A stretch of 64,000 bases of DNA. Origin: Lophium mytilinum. Lineage: Eukaryota. The stretch spans positions 62,001-126,000 of the forward strand of contig MU004183.1 in the NCBI GenBank assembly GCA_010093605.1, in the 5' to 3' direction. Shown in pieces: positions 44,305 to 57,705 of the stretch. Position 1 is the stretch's first letter. Every line of letters starts with the position of its first letter. The notes beneath the pieces were generated by a model. That model made no database searches, was not told the DNA's origin, and saw only the letters and a program-made list of their open reading frames with translations. Made by a program: the position numbers and the translations under genes.

Positions 44305-47300
44305 CTACGCACCCACCTGCGTAACCTTCGTCCCCCTCTCCTGCACCGCCCTTGCCAAAAACTCCCCCAACTTCCGCCTCGTCGCCTTCTTCTCCACAAA
44401 CACCCTAACCGCCTCCCTACTAACCCCCTCCTTCCCGCCCTTTTGCGGCGTCCCATCCGGCGTATCAAACAACCCATACCGCCCCGTCGTCGTGCTCTCC
44501 CGCAAACTCCCCCTCAATACCACCGCTCCCGCGCGACTACTCCGCGGCGGCGTCGAAAACGGACTCCCCTCCCTCTCCCCCCTGCCCCTCGTCGAGGCCC
44601 TAAGACTCGCGCGCTCCTTGATATTGAGCTTGCGGACCGCGTTCTCAAGCATATCGATATCAACGCTCTTCTTCGACACCATCGCCGTCATCTTCTCAAT
44701 CGTGCGCGTGACGGCTTCAACAGTCGGCACCTGCGTCCTTGCGCCCCTGCCACCCTTACCCGCACCCGCGAGCTTCGCGCGGAGCAGCACGACGTCCTCT
44801 TCAGCGGTCGCGAGACGCTTCAGCAGAGCCGCGAACGAGTCTCGGAGCTCCTGCTGCATCTTCGCGACGTCCGCGGAGAGCGGTTGCAGGCGCAGCCGCT
44901 CTACGGACGCAGGGTCGTTGCGGGCCTGGATCTGTAGTTTGACGTCCGCGACTCTAGTGCGGAGTTTATGGACGTCTTGAGACAAGCCCGCGAGCTGGAG
45001 GAGTTTATCATGGACATGGGTTAACCGCCCATCGGCGAGTGTCTTGCCCATCTCCGTCTCGAGCACCACCAGCTGCTCGATTTCCGCGAGGCACCAAGCG
45101 GAATCCCAGTCGCCGTCTTCGCCCTCGTCGAGCGCCGTGTCGAGGTCGTCACGCGTGATTGCGTCGCCGCGGCTGGACTCGTCGTGGAATTTCACGAAGG
45201 AGGCCAGCGAGCGCGCGTTGAGGCCGAGCGTGTCGATCATGCTGTTGATGTCGCGGTAGACGGTTTCGATCTGTGCGGGCACGCCGGTTTTGGTTTCGGA
45301 GCCGCCGGTGTAGTTCTGGTGCGCGACGAAGGGGTCTAAGCGCCGGCTGGGGATGAGTTCGGCCTTGAGCTCTTGGCGAATGCGATCGTTCTCATCGTCG
45401 GAGAGGTCGGATACTTCGGGCGCTGGGGCAGGTGGTTGAGGCGGTGGCTGGGCTGCTGGCACAGCGAACGGGCTCGCTGTCCTGGAAGCCTTTTGGTGTT
45501 GACCAAGTACCGACGCAGATGCGGATCGCTGGGGGCTTGGTGAGCGTAGGGAGTCCTGCGGTCGGTTTGGAGGGAATAGTGCTGGGCCCTTTTGGGTGGT
45601 GAAAGGGTTACCGGCTGGAGTCGAGGACTGTTGGAAGAGGTTTCGAACCGGAGATCGCGACGGGCTCCTGGACTGATTCCGAGATCTAGAAGAGGTTCCG
45701 GATTTGACTGGAGGGGTAGGAGCTTGAGGTGGGATTTGAGGCGATTGGCCTAATCCGGAGTGACCGAACGACCATGTCGGCTTCTGTGCTAGCAGTCGAG
45801 GCTTGTTGGATTCCGGCTCTTCTTCTGACTCTTCATGTTCCTCGACCGAAATGTTTCCCTCGCTTCCCCGACTCGATGACTCAGGCGAGGAAATTGGTGA
45901 CGAGTCCGGAGCTTCAACCTGGACCGGTGGACTTCCCGCTATTGGAGGCAAGTCATCATTACTGGTCTCCTTTGGCTTGAATGTCATGGGATCTGGAGGA
46001 AGGGGAGCATCTTCGCCACCTGGAGACTCTGGCGGAGACGGGGCTGCAGGTGTCTGCGCTGGCTTCGGCGGCTCCTTTGCCGGTGTATGAGATGGAGTAG
46101 TCGATGGGCCACCAAAAAGGGACGGTCGGTTGATGGACTGGAATGACGGTTGAGCCGCCGGTGTCGTGGAAGCCTCGCCGGCTCTGGGTGGACTCAACTC
46201 CTCCCCTTTGACCGGCGTAGCAGGCTCCTTCGGCTTGCTGTCCACACCACTCAAGAAGCTGCCACCAAAGAGAGACGATGAAGATGGCTGCCGGGGTTTG
46301 GGGAGATCATCCTGAGCTGATCCATCGCCTTTGAAACTAGAATCGAGCTTGAAACCGCCAGTAGCGAATAGGCCTTTCGGTTGTTCTGTGGGAGGTACTT
46401 GCGGAGTAGGGGTAGCTTCGTCGCGCTCCCGGTTTTGCGCGTCGTCCGAATCTCCCAAACTAGACACATTTGTGGAGGCGAAAGAAGAAGTCTGAGCTCC
46501 TCCAAATAGCGACGGCGGTTGTGCTGGAGTCTGAGCCCACGACGATGGAGTTGCTCCGCCTCCAAAGCTAGATCCAATAGTTACGGTTGACCCAAAGCTG
46601 TCCTTCGTGGTGCCAGTGAAGCTAGTCGGTTCAGGTTTTTGACCGAACAACGATCCTGGCTTTGATTGTCCCAAAGCACCAAACCCGGAGACCGGGGCGT
46701 TACCTGCAGCCGCAAATGGAGATTGAGATGGAGTGTTCGATGCCAATTTTCCAAAGCCAGAGGCTGCTCCGCCAAAGCTTGCGAACCCCCCTCCAGGCGC
46801 ATCGGTCTTTTTTGGAGTTGTTGCCTGTGCGGCCCATGGCGAGGCGCGATTTCCAATGCCTCCAGTAGAGCCAAATGCTGGAGTAGCGGTAGAGCCAAAT
46901 GCTAGCGTAGAGGGAGTGCCAAAGGCTGGAGTGGTAACGGAGCTAAAGGATGACTTTCCGAAACCCGCGGCAGCAGGGGCGCCGAGTGGTGTTGAAGATG
47001 GGAATGCTGATTGTCCAAACTTAGCTCCGCCTGAAGGAGTTCCGAATCCACCAGCACCAAAAGCAGGTGTCGCCGGTTTTGCGAATCCTCCACCGACTGC
47101 TCCGAACATGGATGGTTGGGGTAGGGGCTTTGGCGCTTCCTCGGCTGGCTTTGTAGGTGTTGCTGCTGAAATAGTAGCGGGCGTAGCACTGCTCGCGGCA
47201 ATGAGGCCAGGATATGCAGTACCCGCTTTGATGGAATCGTTGTAGACAATCCACCAAGCGCACAGTACACCCTCGTGGTTCAGAAGCATGAATGCAGGCA

Positions 47301-48656
47301 GAGGAGTGGATGAACGGTCGATCTCTTCTTCCTTAGGAATAGGTCCAAGAACTACATCGGTGGCCGAGAGGTCTAACGCTACGCCAATGACTGAGGAATC
47401 AGACAGATTTCCACTCTTAGCGTCGTCGGAGAAGATTTCAGGGGGTACCATTGCCCGTCGCGAATCTTCCAAGTTTGTGGCAGCATAAACATTGACAGCA
47501 CCACCCGGCGCCAAGGGTTTCGATGACTTGGTCAACGTGCCGACATCAGTGCTGTCAGTAGAAATGAGAATTAGGAGATCATCAAGCTCGTCCCATCTTC
47601 GTAGTCGAGTGAGAAAGTAATGGTATGGATATCCGCGTTTGCCCTCGAGTACAGGAAAGCAGGGCTCGTCGCCGATCTTCGAGAAGCTGAAGTTCGCTCG
47701 ACCTTTGTCCGTGGTTATGATGTGGTGAGAAGGCGAGTCTATTTCCTCCGGCCTCTGTGTGGGACAGTGGGTGACGAAGAACGTATCGTTGTCGAGCCAA
47801 TAAATAGAAGCAACTGTGAAACATTAGCTAGGTTCAGACTTGTCGAGTGAAGAGATACTTACCATGTTGATCGGCACCTATTTCAGGAGGTCTCGGAATC
47901 TGTGCCACGATAGATCCATCCTGCTTGATCTGTACAGCCGTCCCATCTCCTAGGCCTGCAACAAGCTGTTTGCCCCTAGCACTCCACGAGATGGAGCTCA
48001 CATTGCGATGCAGTACAGTGTCTCCTGTCGGTCCTTGAACTAGTTTCTGCTCCTTCAAATGCGCCAGCAGCAGAGAGCCATCGGTAAGAACGATCGAGAA
48101 CAGATCTTCGACTTCTGGCGCTGGATTTGGTATCAGAGCTCGGACCGATGTGCCGTTTGTCGGGATTTGGAATGCAGGCTGCGGGTTGGGTTCCTGAAGC
48201 TTTGAAACCTCGTAGACAGCCAGTCCTCCGCCTTGCTCAGCGGACACGACCAAGAAGCTCTCGTTGCTTGAGAAGGCGATTTGGGATAGGCGTGGGAGCG
48301 GAATCGTGACTTGGGGAGTGAAGGCCTTCACGCCAGCCGCGTCCTTCACGTCTTCTCCATTGCCAGTGAGCGTGTCGCGCACAGATTTTGTGGTAGCTAT
48401 AACAAGCACGTCTGGGCCAGCTCCGGCGAGTATACCGGTTCTGGATGCGACACTGAAGAGGGACGAGGTAGGAGGAGGCAGGCTATTCTCTGGCCAAGGT
48501 GTAGGGAGGAGTTTGAGCTTCTTGTCGCCTTTCAGGCCAGCGAATCCAAGTGTCTGCGATCAGATGTTAGCAAAGCTTCAACGCCTGCGAGGAATAAAGT
48601 ACCTCTATATCGTCTAGTCTCTCAAGCTCAGGTCCCAACTGAACCTGCGCACTCAT
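44305..48656 (-). CDS. NUP159: FG nucleoporin Nup159/Nup146 (NUP214 family)
   Basis: N-terminal beta-propeller (LLPTPWP..LPPPTSSL, SISWSARGKQLVAGLGDG, LNHEGVLCAW), central PAFG/SLFG repeats, C-terminal coiled coil (PTVEAVTRTIEKMTAM). Two introns near 48.6 and 47.85 kb. Start codon approximate. Confidence 0.9.
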
Positions 48657-49126
48657 GTTTGCGAATGCTATAGTTGCTTGTAGATATTCTGGGCGAACCT
48701 CACGCGACGACGTCCTTCTGGTCAGTGGACGCGGGTTGTCGACATGCGCGATGGGGGAGTGGCTGGAGGAGGAAAAAGAGCGTGTCGGTCCGCGGGGCGG
48801 GCTCTGGCGGAAGAGCTGGAAGCTTTTATTGAAAATGGTTGGGCTTTTGGGCAGCCTGCGCTCTGGTGAATGAGAGCGTCAGGTCCTAATAGTAGGCGTG
48901 GGTATTCGTGGTGTTCGCAATTGTTTGTTCTGGGGTTGTTCTTCTAAGTCACGTGGACCTAAGAGCTCAAGGCATCTCAGCAACGTCAACCTCACTTGAA
49001 ATCACATCAACCCAGCTTCTACCTCTCCGCCATCCACATACTCCCTCTCGAAGCCCTCGATTCCTACTGAAGATTGGAAAGAGTCTTCATCGACCTTTTC
49101 AACAGCACCCCGCCATCACCGCAGCC

Positions 49127-50037
49127 ATGCCCGGCTTCGACTTCTCCAACCACAACCGCAATGCTGCTCTCCACGCCCAAGGCGTCCCCCTCCCCAAAGC
49201 CACGAGCACCGGTACCACAATCGTCGGCTGCATATACGATGGAGGAGTGGTCATCGCCGCCGACACACGAGCAACAAGCGGTCCCATCGTAGCAGACAAG
49301 GTCCGTCAACCCCAGCCTCAACCTCCCCTCCCACCCATCCCAAACACCTACGAACCCATACTCACAATCCCACCATCTAGAACTGCGAAAAACTCCACTA
49401 CATCGCCCCCCAAATCTGGTGCGCGGGCGCCGGCACCGCCGCCGACACCGATTTCACGACCGCCATCATCTCCTCCAACCTCGAGCTGCACGCGCTCTCC
49501 ACGGGCCGCAAACCGCGCGTCGTAACCTGCATGACGATGCTGAAGCAGCACCTCTTCCGCTACCAAGGCCACATCGGCGCCTACCTCGTCGTGGCCGGCG
49601 TCGACCCCACAGGCGCGCACCTCTTCACCGTGCACGCGCACGGCTCGACCGACAAGCTGCCCTACGTGACCATGGGCTCTGGGTCCCTCGCCGCGATGTC
49701 GATGTTCGAGACGCAGTGGAAGAAAGCGTTGACCAAGGACGAGGCGGTGAAGCTGTGCGCGGACGCGATCCAGGCGGGTATCTTCAACGATTTGGGCTCT
49801 GGGAGCAATGTGGATGTGTGTGTGATTACGGCGGAGAAGACGACGCTGATGAGGAATTATATCACGCCGAATGTGCGGGAGAGCAAGGCGCGGAATTATC
49901 GGTTCAAGAGGGGCACGACGGCTGTGTTGAATGAGAAGGTGATTACGAGGGAGGAGATTAGTAAGTATGTCACTGTGCATGAGTTGGATGAGCAGAGTGT
50001 GGCCGGGGTTGCGGAGGTCATGGATGTGGATTCGTAG
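49127..50037 (+). CDS. PUP1: 20S proteasome subunit beta2 (trypsin-like)
   Basis: [12 protein letters not shown]...[10 protein letters not shown] propeptide cleavage site, [34 protein letters not shown]. Intron 49301-49380. Confidence 0.97.
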
Positions 50038-50337
50038 GCGATTGAGAAGGCCTCGAAGTAACAGCGAGGAGAGCAGTATACATTGGGCATTCAGGCGACG
50101 ATCATGCATTCAGTCCATCCAGTGGTGGAAGAGCAGGTCAACAGTTCATAGATATTGCAATCATGGATGCTCGAAGCATGTAGCCCAATGCTATGCAACA
50201 TAGCTGCGTGCTACAAAGCCGAAGGAAATGAAACGACTTCTTTTCCACTATCCTTTACCTGTCCACTACGCCAAACCGAGGAGTCGAGTCCAGGCCCTTT
50301 TGAGCCTGCAATAGTTAAGACGAATCCCGAATGCCAA

Positions 50338-51966
50338 TCATTTAATCCTTTTGTCGATGATACTAGGCCCATGTTCCTCATACTCTTTTTTCGAGATCCA
50401 CAATTGGTGGAAGCTGCCCAAACTCGCCAAGATACTCCCACCAATCCACGCAGCATACTTGCGTTCGATCGTGTTACCTGGCGCAATGAGCCTAATCCTT
50501 GGAGCAGGGAACATCTGCGACAGCTCGGCGTTGATGCGATCCATGATTCGGTAAGTGAGCGACGCGCCGCCAGTGATGATGACGTTGCCTAGGATGATGG
50601 GCCGGAGATCCACATCGATGTGGTGGATGGCGGCTTGGACCATGCGGGGGATTGTCTGTTCGTCTTTAGGACGGGGGTTGTCGGGGTCCTATTTGACATT
50701 AGCACCAGTCTCACAAAAAGTATTGTATAGGTAGAGGGAGGCACTCACGTGTAACGCCGACGAAGCATCAAACAGGCCCTCAGCGACCTTGAACCTCTCC
50801 GCGCTGAAGAGCTGGTTGTACCCGTCTGGCATCTCGAACGGCCGGCCCGGCGCATTCTTGAGCGACTCCTCGGTTCCAGGCACGCTGAGGCGATTGGGTC
50901 CGGTCCATGTCTCTACAACCGACTCCTTGAACTCGGTCAAAACGCGCTCTTCCTCGAATCTGCGGAAGGAGGCGGTTGGGGGGACCTCGAATTTCTTATA
51001 GATAGCTTGAGCAGGGGCGCCAGCGTCGACAGGCGATTTTGAGGCGACCATAAAGTGCGGCGTTAGAGGGACTGGAGGTTGCGATTGCGCAAAGATGAGG
51101 CGGAGCTGGTTCGACATGTAGTTACCAGCCAGTGGAGATTTCTGGACACCTGAAGCTTTGTTAGACCTACAAGTCTATAGCTGGTGGGATGCCATACCTT
51201 TCTTGAGCACCAACCCATCCACAATGGGCGTGACCGTCGTCGTCGAAGCTCCAATATCAATGACGATGCCTGAAGCCTTTCCCGACGCAAATCTACCGCA
51301 AATATCAGTATACCACCTCTAGTTTCCAATGATGATTCGCACCTACGCGGCCAGTACCCCAGTCTTCCCCAGATAGAACGCCGGAGTCCCCCAGTCCTCC
51401 ATGGCAATCTCAATATACTTCTCCCGCGCCTTCGCCGAGCTCAAGCCCGGTTCCGTCATGAGCAGCGGGCTCTCCGCCAGCGGCTTCTCTGCATCATCCA
51501 GCCCATCCATATCCACATCCATCTGCCCGTTCCCCTCACCATTCGTGCCGTCGTTCAGCCCGTTCTTGGTGGGATCGGTGGGCCGCTGCCCCGTCAAGCG
51601 CGACGTGATCGCATACTCCCACAGCTTCGTCGCCGTGTCCCAGTCCTCGACTATGCCGTCCGAGCTCCACGGGTTCTTGATCTCGAGGTTCGGGAGCGGG
51701 TTGTGGATTGAGTTCTCGCCGAAGAGGTATTGGGATGAGCCTGAGGCGGTGGGCGCGATGCCGTAGTAGCTGGGGATGACAGATTTTGGAATGTCTTCGC
51801 CAGCGAAGCCAGCGCGAGTGGAGGAGTAGCCTGGGTCGAGGACGATCGCGGAGATTTCGTCTATCGCATGGTTAGTGGGACAGTTTGATTATAGGCAGGG
51901 TGTGGTGGGTGGCCTACCTCCAGCGTACTCGTTCGTGTTCGGTGCGGTGGCCGAGCTGGGATTCAT
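50338..51966 (-). CDS. ARP4: Nuclear actin-related protein 4
   Basis: [89 protein letters not shown]. Multi-exon. Confidence 0.93.
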
Positions 51967-52244
51967 CGTGGCCGTCGCGGAGAAGCGCGGGGGGTTTGGC
52001 TAGATCGATGAAGGATCCAGGGGTTCAATTGACGCGTAGAGCGCCTTCTTCTCGTGTTTTGCGATTGGCGTGGGCGGAGTGGTTGCGGAGATGGTGGAGG
52101 GCCATGTGAAATCGCCGACTTCAACAGGCTGGTCAGACGACGTCGTGTTTCTCTCCTTTTCCACTCCGCGCCCCTCTTGAGGCTCCACCACACTCCCTGA
52201 CGCTCCAACTGATGTGCTGACATGTTCAGAGGACACACGAAATC

Positions 52245-54329
52245 ATGACTTTGCTTCGATATCTACGGCAGCTTTATTCACTCGACACGCTCGACACCCG
52301 CTTCGTAATATCAGCCACCGCTCCCCCCAAGGAGGCGCTTAGGGAGGCTCGACTTGACCCAGCACAGTCTTCGCCAGGAGAGGATGGTCGAGGCCAGACG
52401 AGAATAGGAAATAGTAGTGCGCAGAAGATTGCAGAGAATGCTCAGCCGTCACAATGGCGGACACCCGAGTTCTATGTTTACTATGTCATATTCATTCTCG
52501 TTGTCCCTATGATGTTCAAGGTTGTATACGATGTTTCGAAAGGTAATACATAGCATATGCTCTAGTCTCTTCTTTTGGTCAGCCCTTAATCAGAAGCCAG
52601 AATCCCATCCCAATTACCCTGAGTTCGCGGAATTACTCTCAGATGGCTGGATCCCCGGCCGGAAAGTCGTATGTCATTTATACCCTCTTTTTGCACTGCG
52701 TTCGTACTTACGAGGCCAGGATAATTCCGATGCCCAATATGCTGGCTTTCGACAAAATCTTCCCTATCTCTTCATCGTCGTTCTTCTACACCCTCTTCTT
52801 CGGAGATTCTACGACTATCTTACTATGTCAAACATGTACACGCAGGTGTCGAATAGCCCGATGACTATGGGGTTATCCCCATCTGCAGCTGCAGATGCCC
52901 GACTAGAGCAGAGGATATCGTTCGACTTTGTCTTTGCTGCCGTCTTCATCATTGCTCTCCACGAATTCTCCGCGTTGAAAATACTCTTGATACTGTATCT
53001 CAATTACAGTATCGCCATGAAGTTGCCGAAACAGTACATCCCAGCAGCTACCTGGATATTCAATATCGTCGTACTATTTGCAAATGAGTCGTTTCAGGGC
53101 TATTCGTTTGCGGCGATATGGGCATTCGTCCTTCCCCAATCGCCATCTGCAGACGGCAAGCTAACCTCCACCAACTGGGGGCAGTGGATCGATAGCCATG
53201 GAGGACTGATATCCAGATGGGAGGTGCTATTCAACATCACGGTCCTACGCCTGATAAGCTTCAACATGGACTACTACTGGAGCTTGAACCTTCGAGGCGG
53301 CAGTCCCGTCGAGGTGCGTTATCTCTCTTCTCTACTTACCTCCAATCTAACGGCCTCAAGAAGAAGCAACTCGACCCCTCAAATCTTTCAGAGCGAGATC
53401 GAGTGTCCGTCCCAGCGAAGCCAGCCGAGTTCTCCTTCCGGAACTACTTTGCATACATACTGTACTCGCCACTCTACCTGACTGGGCCGATCCTCACCTT
53501 CAACGATTATGTCTCCCAACAGCGCTATCGTTCCCACAGCATCACTGCTACCCGCACAACCATGTATGCGATACGCTTCGTCGTGGCGCTCTTGACCATG
53601 GAGATCATGATCCATTATATGTACATGGTCGCCATCTTCAAAGCACAGCCAGCATGGGAGGTCTACAGCCCCTTCCAACTCAGCATGCTAGGTTACTTCA
53701 ACTTGAACCACATATGGCTCAAGCTTCTCCTTCCCTGGAGGTTCTTCCGCCTGTGGGCTCTTCTCGACGGCGTCGACCCTCCGGAGAACATGGTGCGCTG
53801 CATGAGCGACAACTACTCGGCCGCTATGTTCTGGCGCGGCTGGCACCGTAGCTTCAACCGCTGGATTATCCGGTACATCTACATCCCCATCGGCGGCAGC
53901 GGCAGCAAAGGTCTATGGGGCAAGGCGCGCAACATCGGTAATTTCCTTGCCGTGTTCACATTCGTCGCGCTGTGGCACGATATCCAGCTGCGACTGCTGA
54001 TGTGGGGATGGCTGATAACGCTGTTCATCCTCCCTGAAGTCATTGCCACTCTGCTCTTCCCGGCGCGCAAGTGGCGGAGCCAGCCAAATGTATACCGTGT
54101 CATTTGTGGAGTCGGTGCTGTAGGGAATATACTCATGATGATGGTAGCGAATTTGGTCGGGTTTGCGCTGGGAATCGATGGGCTGAAGGGATTGATCAAT
54201 GGGATCGTGGGGAGCTATTCGGGGCTGGGATTTCTCGTAGCGGCATGCGCGGCGCTGTTTGTCGGTGCGCAGGTCATGTTTGAGGTTAGGGAGCAGGAGA
54301 TGAGAGACGGGGTGAAGTTGAAGTGCTGA
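52245..54329 (+). CDS. GUP1: MBOAT acyltransferase Gup1 (glycerol uptake / GPI remodelling)
   Basis: YSLDTLDTRF, LSDGWIPGRKV/DNSDAQY, RWEVLFNITVLRLISFNMDY, LKLLLPWRFFRLW, PPENMVRC, FWRGWHRSFN, FVALWHD. Three introns. Confidence 0.95.
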
Positions 54330-55198
54330 GCCGGTGCTCGGTGGAGTCGTCACTATGTTGGAGACGCAGTTGTGCTTGAATACTTTCTTCTCTTTAGAGT
54401 TTTGCCAAGGACATATCTCCCAAGGTTCCAAGTCTCGTCTCAATGGCTACTTCCTCAATTCAAGACAGCCCCCTCCCAAGGTTCGGCTGTGGCTGGTGTC
54501 GCCTGCTTCCCACACAGACCCGTGTCATGTTCGCAAACTCGTTACTGCACCATCCGACATCCATCACCATCTCAACACATCATTTACGGCCTTATCATCG
54601 ACCAGCCAGGTACAGCTATTGTTAGATAGCTTTGGTGAGTGCAGCAAGTGAGTCCCGGGGATGCTACAAATTTTTGATGCTTACGACCACAAGGGGTCGC
54701 AGCCTTCATCGAAAAACATAATTGCTACGGGTTTTCCCTCTCAAAGCCGACGCCTACGCTCCTTTCCTACAGCAAGCAAAGCCTGGACTCGGTACAAGTG
54801 TACCGTAGACATGCTACACAGCCTATTTTAGACACCAGGCTCAGACAGCCGCATCCATTCCTTCAGGCTCGGCCACCATCTCTCTACATTCACGGTCTCA
54901 TCCATGACGACTCCAGACTTCCGCCTACCATGTTCCAAAACCTCAAACCTGAATACTTCGAAATAACAAGCCGAGAGCCTCGACGGGGTAGATGTCTTTC
55001 TCCTCTCTCCACCGAAGTACTCCCCGCCGACGTCCTGGTTCACGACGACCCTCTTGAGGACTCAATTGGCGCTCGCGTAGCCAATAGAAGTCGACGAACG
55101 GGTAGAAGGACGTTCAAGCATCTCTTCAAGAGAGATCTAGCACAAGAGCGACATCGATCTGGGGGCCGGCCAATGCTGAGATTCATTGCCTACAAGAA

Positions 55199-56776
55199 AT
55201 GGCACGCTTGTGGGAGACCCTTTCCTGTTCCACCTTACTCCTCGCTATTCGACAAAACGTTCTTGCGGCCTTCATGCCGCTTCGTCTTCTCACACTCGCT
55301 AACGCCATAAAATTATCAGACAAGGAAGCCCTCGAACCCCAGCAAATCATTCTCTCCGTATTAGCCCAGCAAAGCGCGCAATCCTCGCTTTCATCAACGA
55401 CCCCTTCAGATGTAGCGTCAGAAACGCTTGATGCCTCCACGAACACTCCCCAACGCGCAGAAACCCCTCTACCACCCTCGGAGTTTCCATCATCCGAGCC
55501 ACCACCGTCAGAAGGCTCTCCGTATGTCGAGTTCCCTCAATGCCAACGCGCAGGAACTCCTCCGCCATCCTCCAAGCTACCATCATCCGAGCCACCACTG
55601 TTAGAAGGCTCTCCGTATGTTGAGTGCCCTCAATCCCCACGCGTAGAAAGGACTCTGCCATCATCCGAGCCACCATCGTCAGAATGGCCCCCGCATATCG
55701 AATCCCCTCAACCCATACGCGACACTCACGCCTGGTGGACCAGACAGCTGAACAAAGCACGCGCAACACCCCAGACCCCAGACGCTTTCCCTGCAGGGAG
55801 CGAGTGCCGCATCAACTCGATCCAAGACCCTCGAACCCGGGACGTCATGCGCGCAGAGAACGCGGATCTAAGGAGAGAGCTACGAAATCAAGACGACCAA
55901 CTCAGCCACACAACTCTCGAGCTCGAACGCGCGAAGCAAGAGCTCACCGCGCTCCACCAACGAGACTCAGACTGCGCGCGCATAGAACAGGGGCACATGG
56001 AGTTAAGGCGCCAGAACCGGAGGCTGGCAGAAGCGAATGCGCGAAAGGATCAGGCACTGCAAGATGCTGCTGAGCGGGGGAGGAATATACCGCCGCATCT
56101 AGGACGGCAGGCTTTGGAGATTGCGAACCTCAATGCACAGCTTGATGCGGAGAAGGCGCTGAAGAATAAGGCGTTGGAGAAGGCGGTGGAGTTGGATGTT
56201 GATCTTGAGTTCTATGAGAACCGGACGGCGGAGGTAGAGGAGAAGTTGGAGAAAGCTGAGTCTAAGTTGGAGGAATTGCAGGTTGAGAATGATATGCTGA
56301 GGAGCAAGTGTGCGGACTATGGGATCTGTAGGACTTGGGATGTGGACCCAGATGCCCAACCTAAGGATCGCATTAACAAGACCGAGGATGGGGCTGCGGA
56401 ACCGAGCGAGGACGTACAGGCTACATCAGGAGGGAATGCGTTTCCCGCATCATCAACACTTGGGTCGGATAAAGCGGACGAATCCTCGCCGCAGTCAACA
56501 ACACGCACCCTCTCCCTTCCTACCTTCGGCACCTCTTTCAAACGTGTTCGTTTCCAACTGGATGAACCCACTACCCAAGCTTCCGACACAGACGCCGCGT
56601 TCGCCGAACCCGACGTTCCACTCAGCGATCTACAATCCCAACAAACTCCCTCCCTCTCCAACCAGGAAAATGGAGTAGCTACCGCGTCTCTCGAACGCTC
56701 TTTGTCCGTCTTAGCCACGGGCTGCAGAATCCCCCAGAAGCGGAAAGCGGGTGCTGAGAATTGCACTTCGTTATAG
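55199..56776 (+). CDS. Orphan gene L: Pro/Ser/Glu repeats + coiled coil + terminal KRK; 5' end uncertain
   Basis: 525-codon ORF. A branch/acceptor (GCTAAC...CAG, 55319) suggests an upstream exon, possibly from the ATG near 54930; donor not resolved. Confidence 0.7.
   Translation: MARLWETLSCSTLLLAIRQNVLAAFMPLRLLTLANAIKLSDKEALEPQQIILSVLAQQSAQSSLSSTTPSDVASETLDASTNTPQRAETPLPPSEFPSSEPPPSEGSPYVEFPQCQRAGTPPPSSKLPSSEPPLLEGSPYVECPQSPRVERTLPSSEPPSSEWPPHIESPQPIRDTHAWWTRQLNKARATPQTPDAFPAGSECRINSIQDPRTRDVMRAENADLRRELRNQDDQLSHTTLELERAKQELTALHQRDSDCARIEQGHMELRRQNRRLAEANARKDQALQDAAERGRNIPPHLGRQALEIANLNAQLDAEKALKNKALEKAVELDVDLEFYENRTAEVEEKLEKAESKLEELQVENDMLRSKCADYGICRTWDVDPDAQPKDRINKTEDGAAEPSEDVQATSGGNAFPASSTLGSDKADESSPQSTTRTLSLPTFGTSFKRVRFQLDEPTTQASDTDAAFAEPDVPLSDLQSQQTPSLSNQENGVATASLERSLSVLATGCRIPQKRKAGAENCTSL
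55448..55712 (+). repeat. 93/78-bp coding tandem repeat x3 in gene L
   Basis: CCATCATCCGAGCCACCA at 55487, 55580 and 55658 (PSSEPP..EGSPYVE.PQ). Confidence 0.9.
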
Positions 56777-57705
56777 CTAGCTCAACCCACTCACAAATTA
56801 CTAGACTTTGTGCTCTTTTGCTCAAACGAGGGAGGAGTGAGACGAGGGATGTGATATCCAGCACTTCGGTGGTAGGATGAGATGATTGGAGGCGGCGTCT
56901 CCGAATGGATAATAGATGCCCAGTAGCGCTTGTAATCAACATAATGTTTGATAGTAAGGCTTAGCTACCCATGTTCTTCATGCATTCATGCTGTGCCTTG
57001 AGGAAGAAAACTACGTGACTCCCAAATGGCCAACGGTCCTGCGTATCGTAGCTCGAATCGTTGAAATATGGAATTTCAGAGCCCCTTTTTCTAGGGCTTA
57101 GAGACTCAGATCAGTGCTGGGCCACATCCATCTCAGAGATCACTAGCACAAAAGTCCCTCTACACTTGTTTAACGCCACTTGAAGTGCTTTGAGGGACGT
57201 CCGGAACAGGGAAAGGCTATTCAAATCGATGGATTGCGCAAGCCTGAGACCTGATTGGACAACCTTCTTCCATTGAGAAACATATTTAGGTAAACCAGCC
57301 CTCTACCCCACCGCTCTAGCTTTCTACCAGTATATTGACGTACTAGAAGCTGTGTAATACACGTACAAGAAAACTTACGTTCTAAAACTATACTAGCCCA
57401 CTCCGGCCAGGCCATCAGAAACCGTTGGTACAGAGTCTATTTTTGAACCGCATCGCCTTCTTCTCAGCCTTCCAAGACAATCACGGCCCATACTCTTAGC
57501 CTCCATACTCACGCAACTGCCCATACTCAGTACACCCACAGCTTCTAGATTTCCAGCTGCCAAACCCCCCAACCACGGCACCCACCTCGCTTCCACAGCC
57601 CCCTATAAACCAACCGGCCACCTCATCAATATCTCCCGCACCCCTTCAACCTCCCGCTCCTCCCCAAAAAGCCAAAATCAAAAGACAGAAAAAAAGAACA
57701 CAAAA

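Noticed and set aside
49348..50109. 253-aa minus-strand ORF
   Set aside because: Antisense shadow of codon-biased PUP1.
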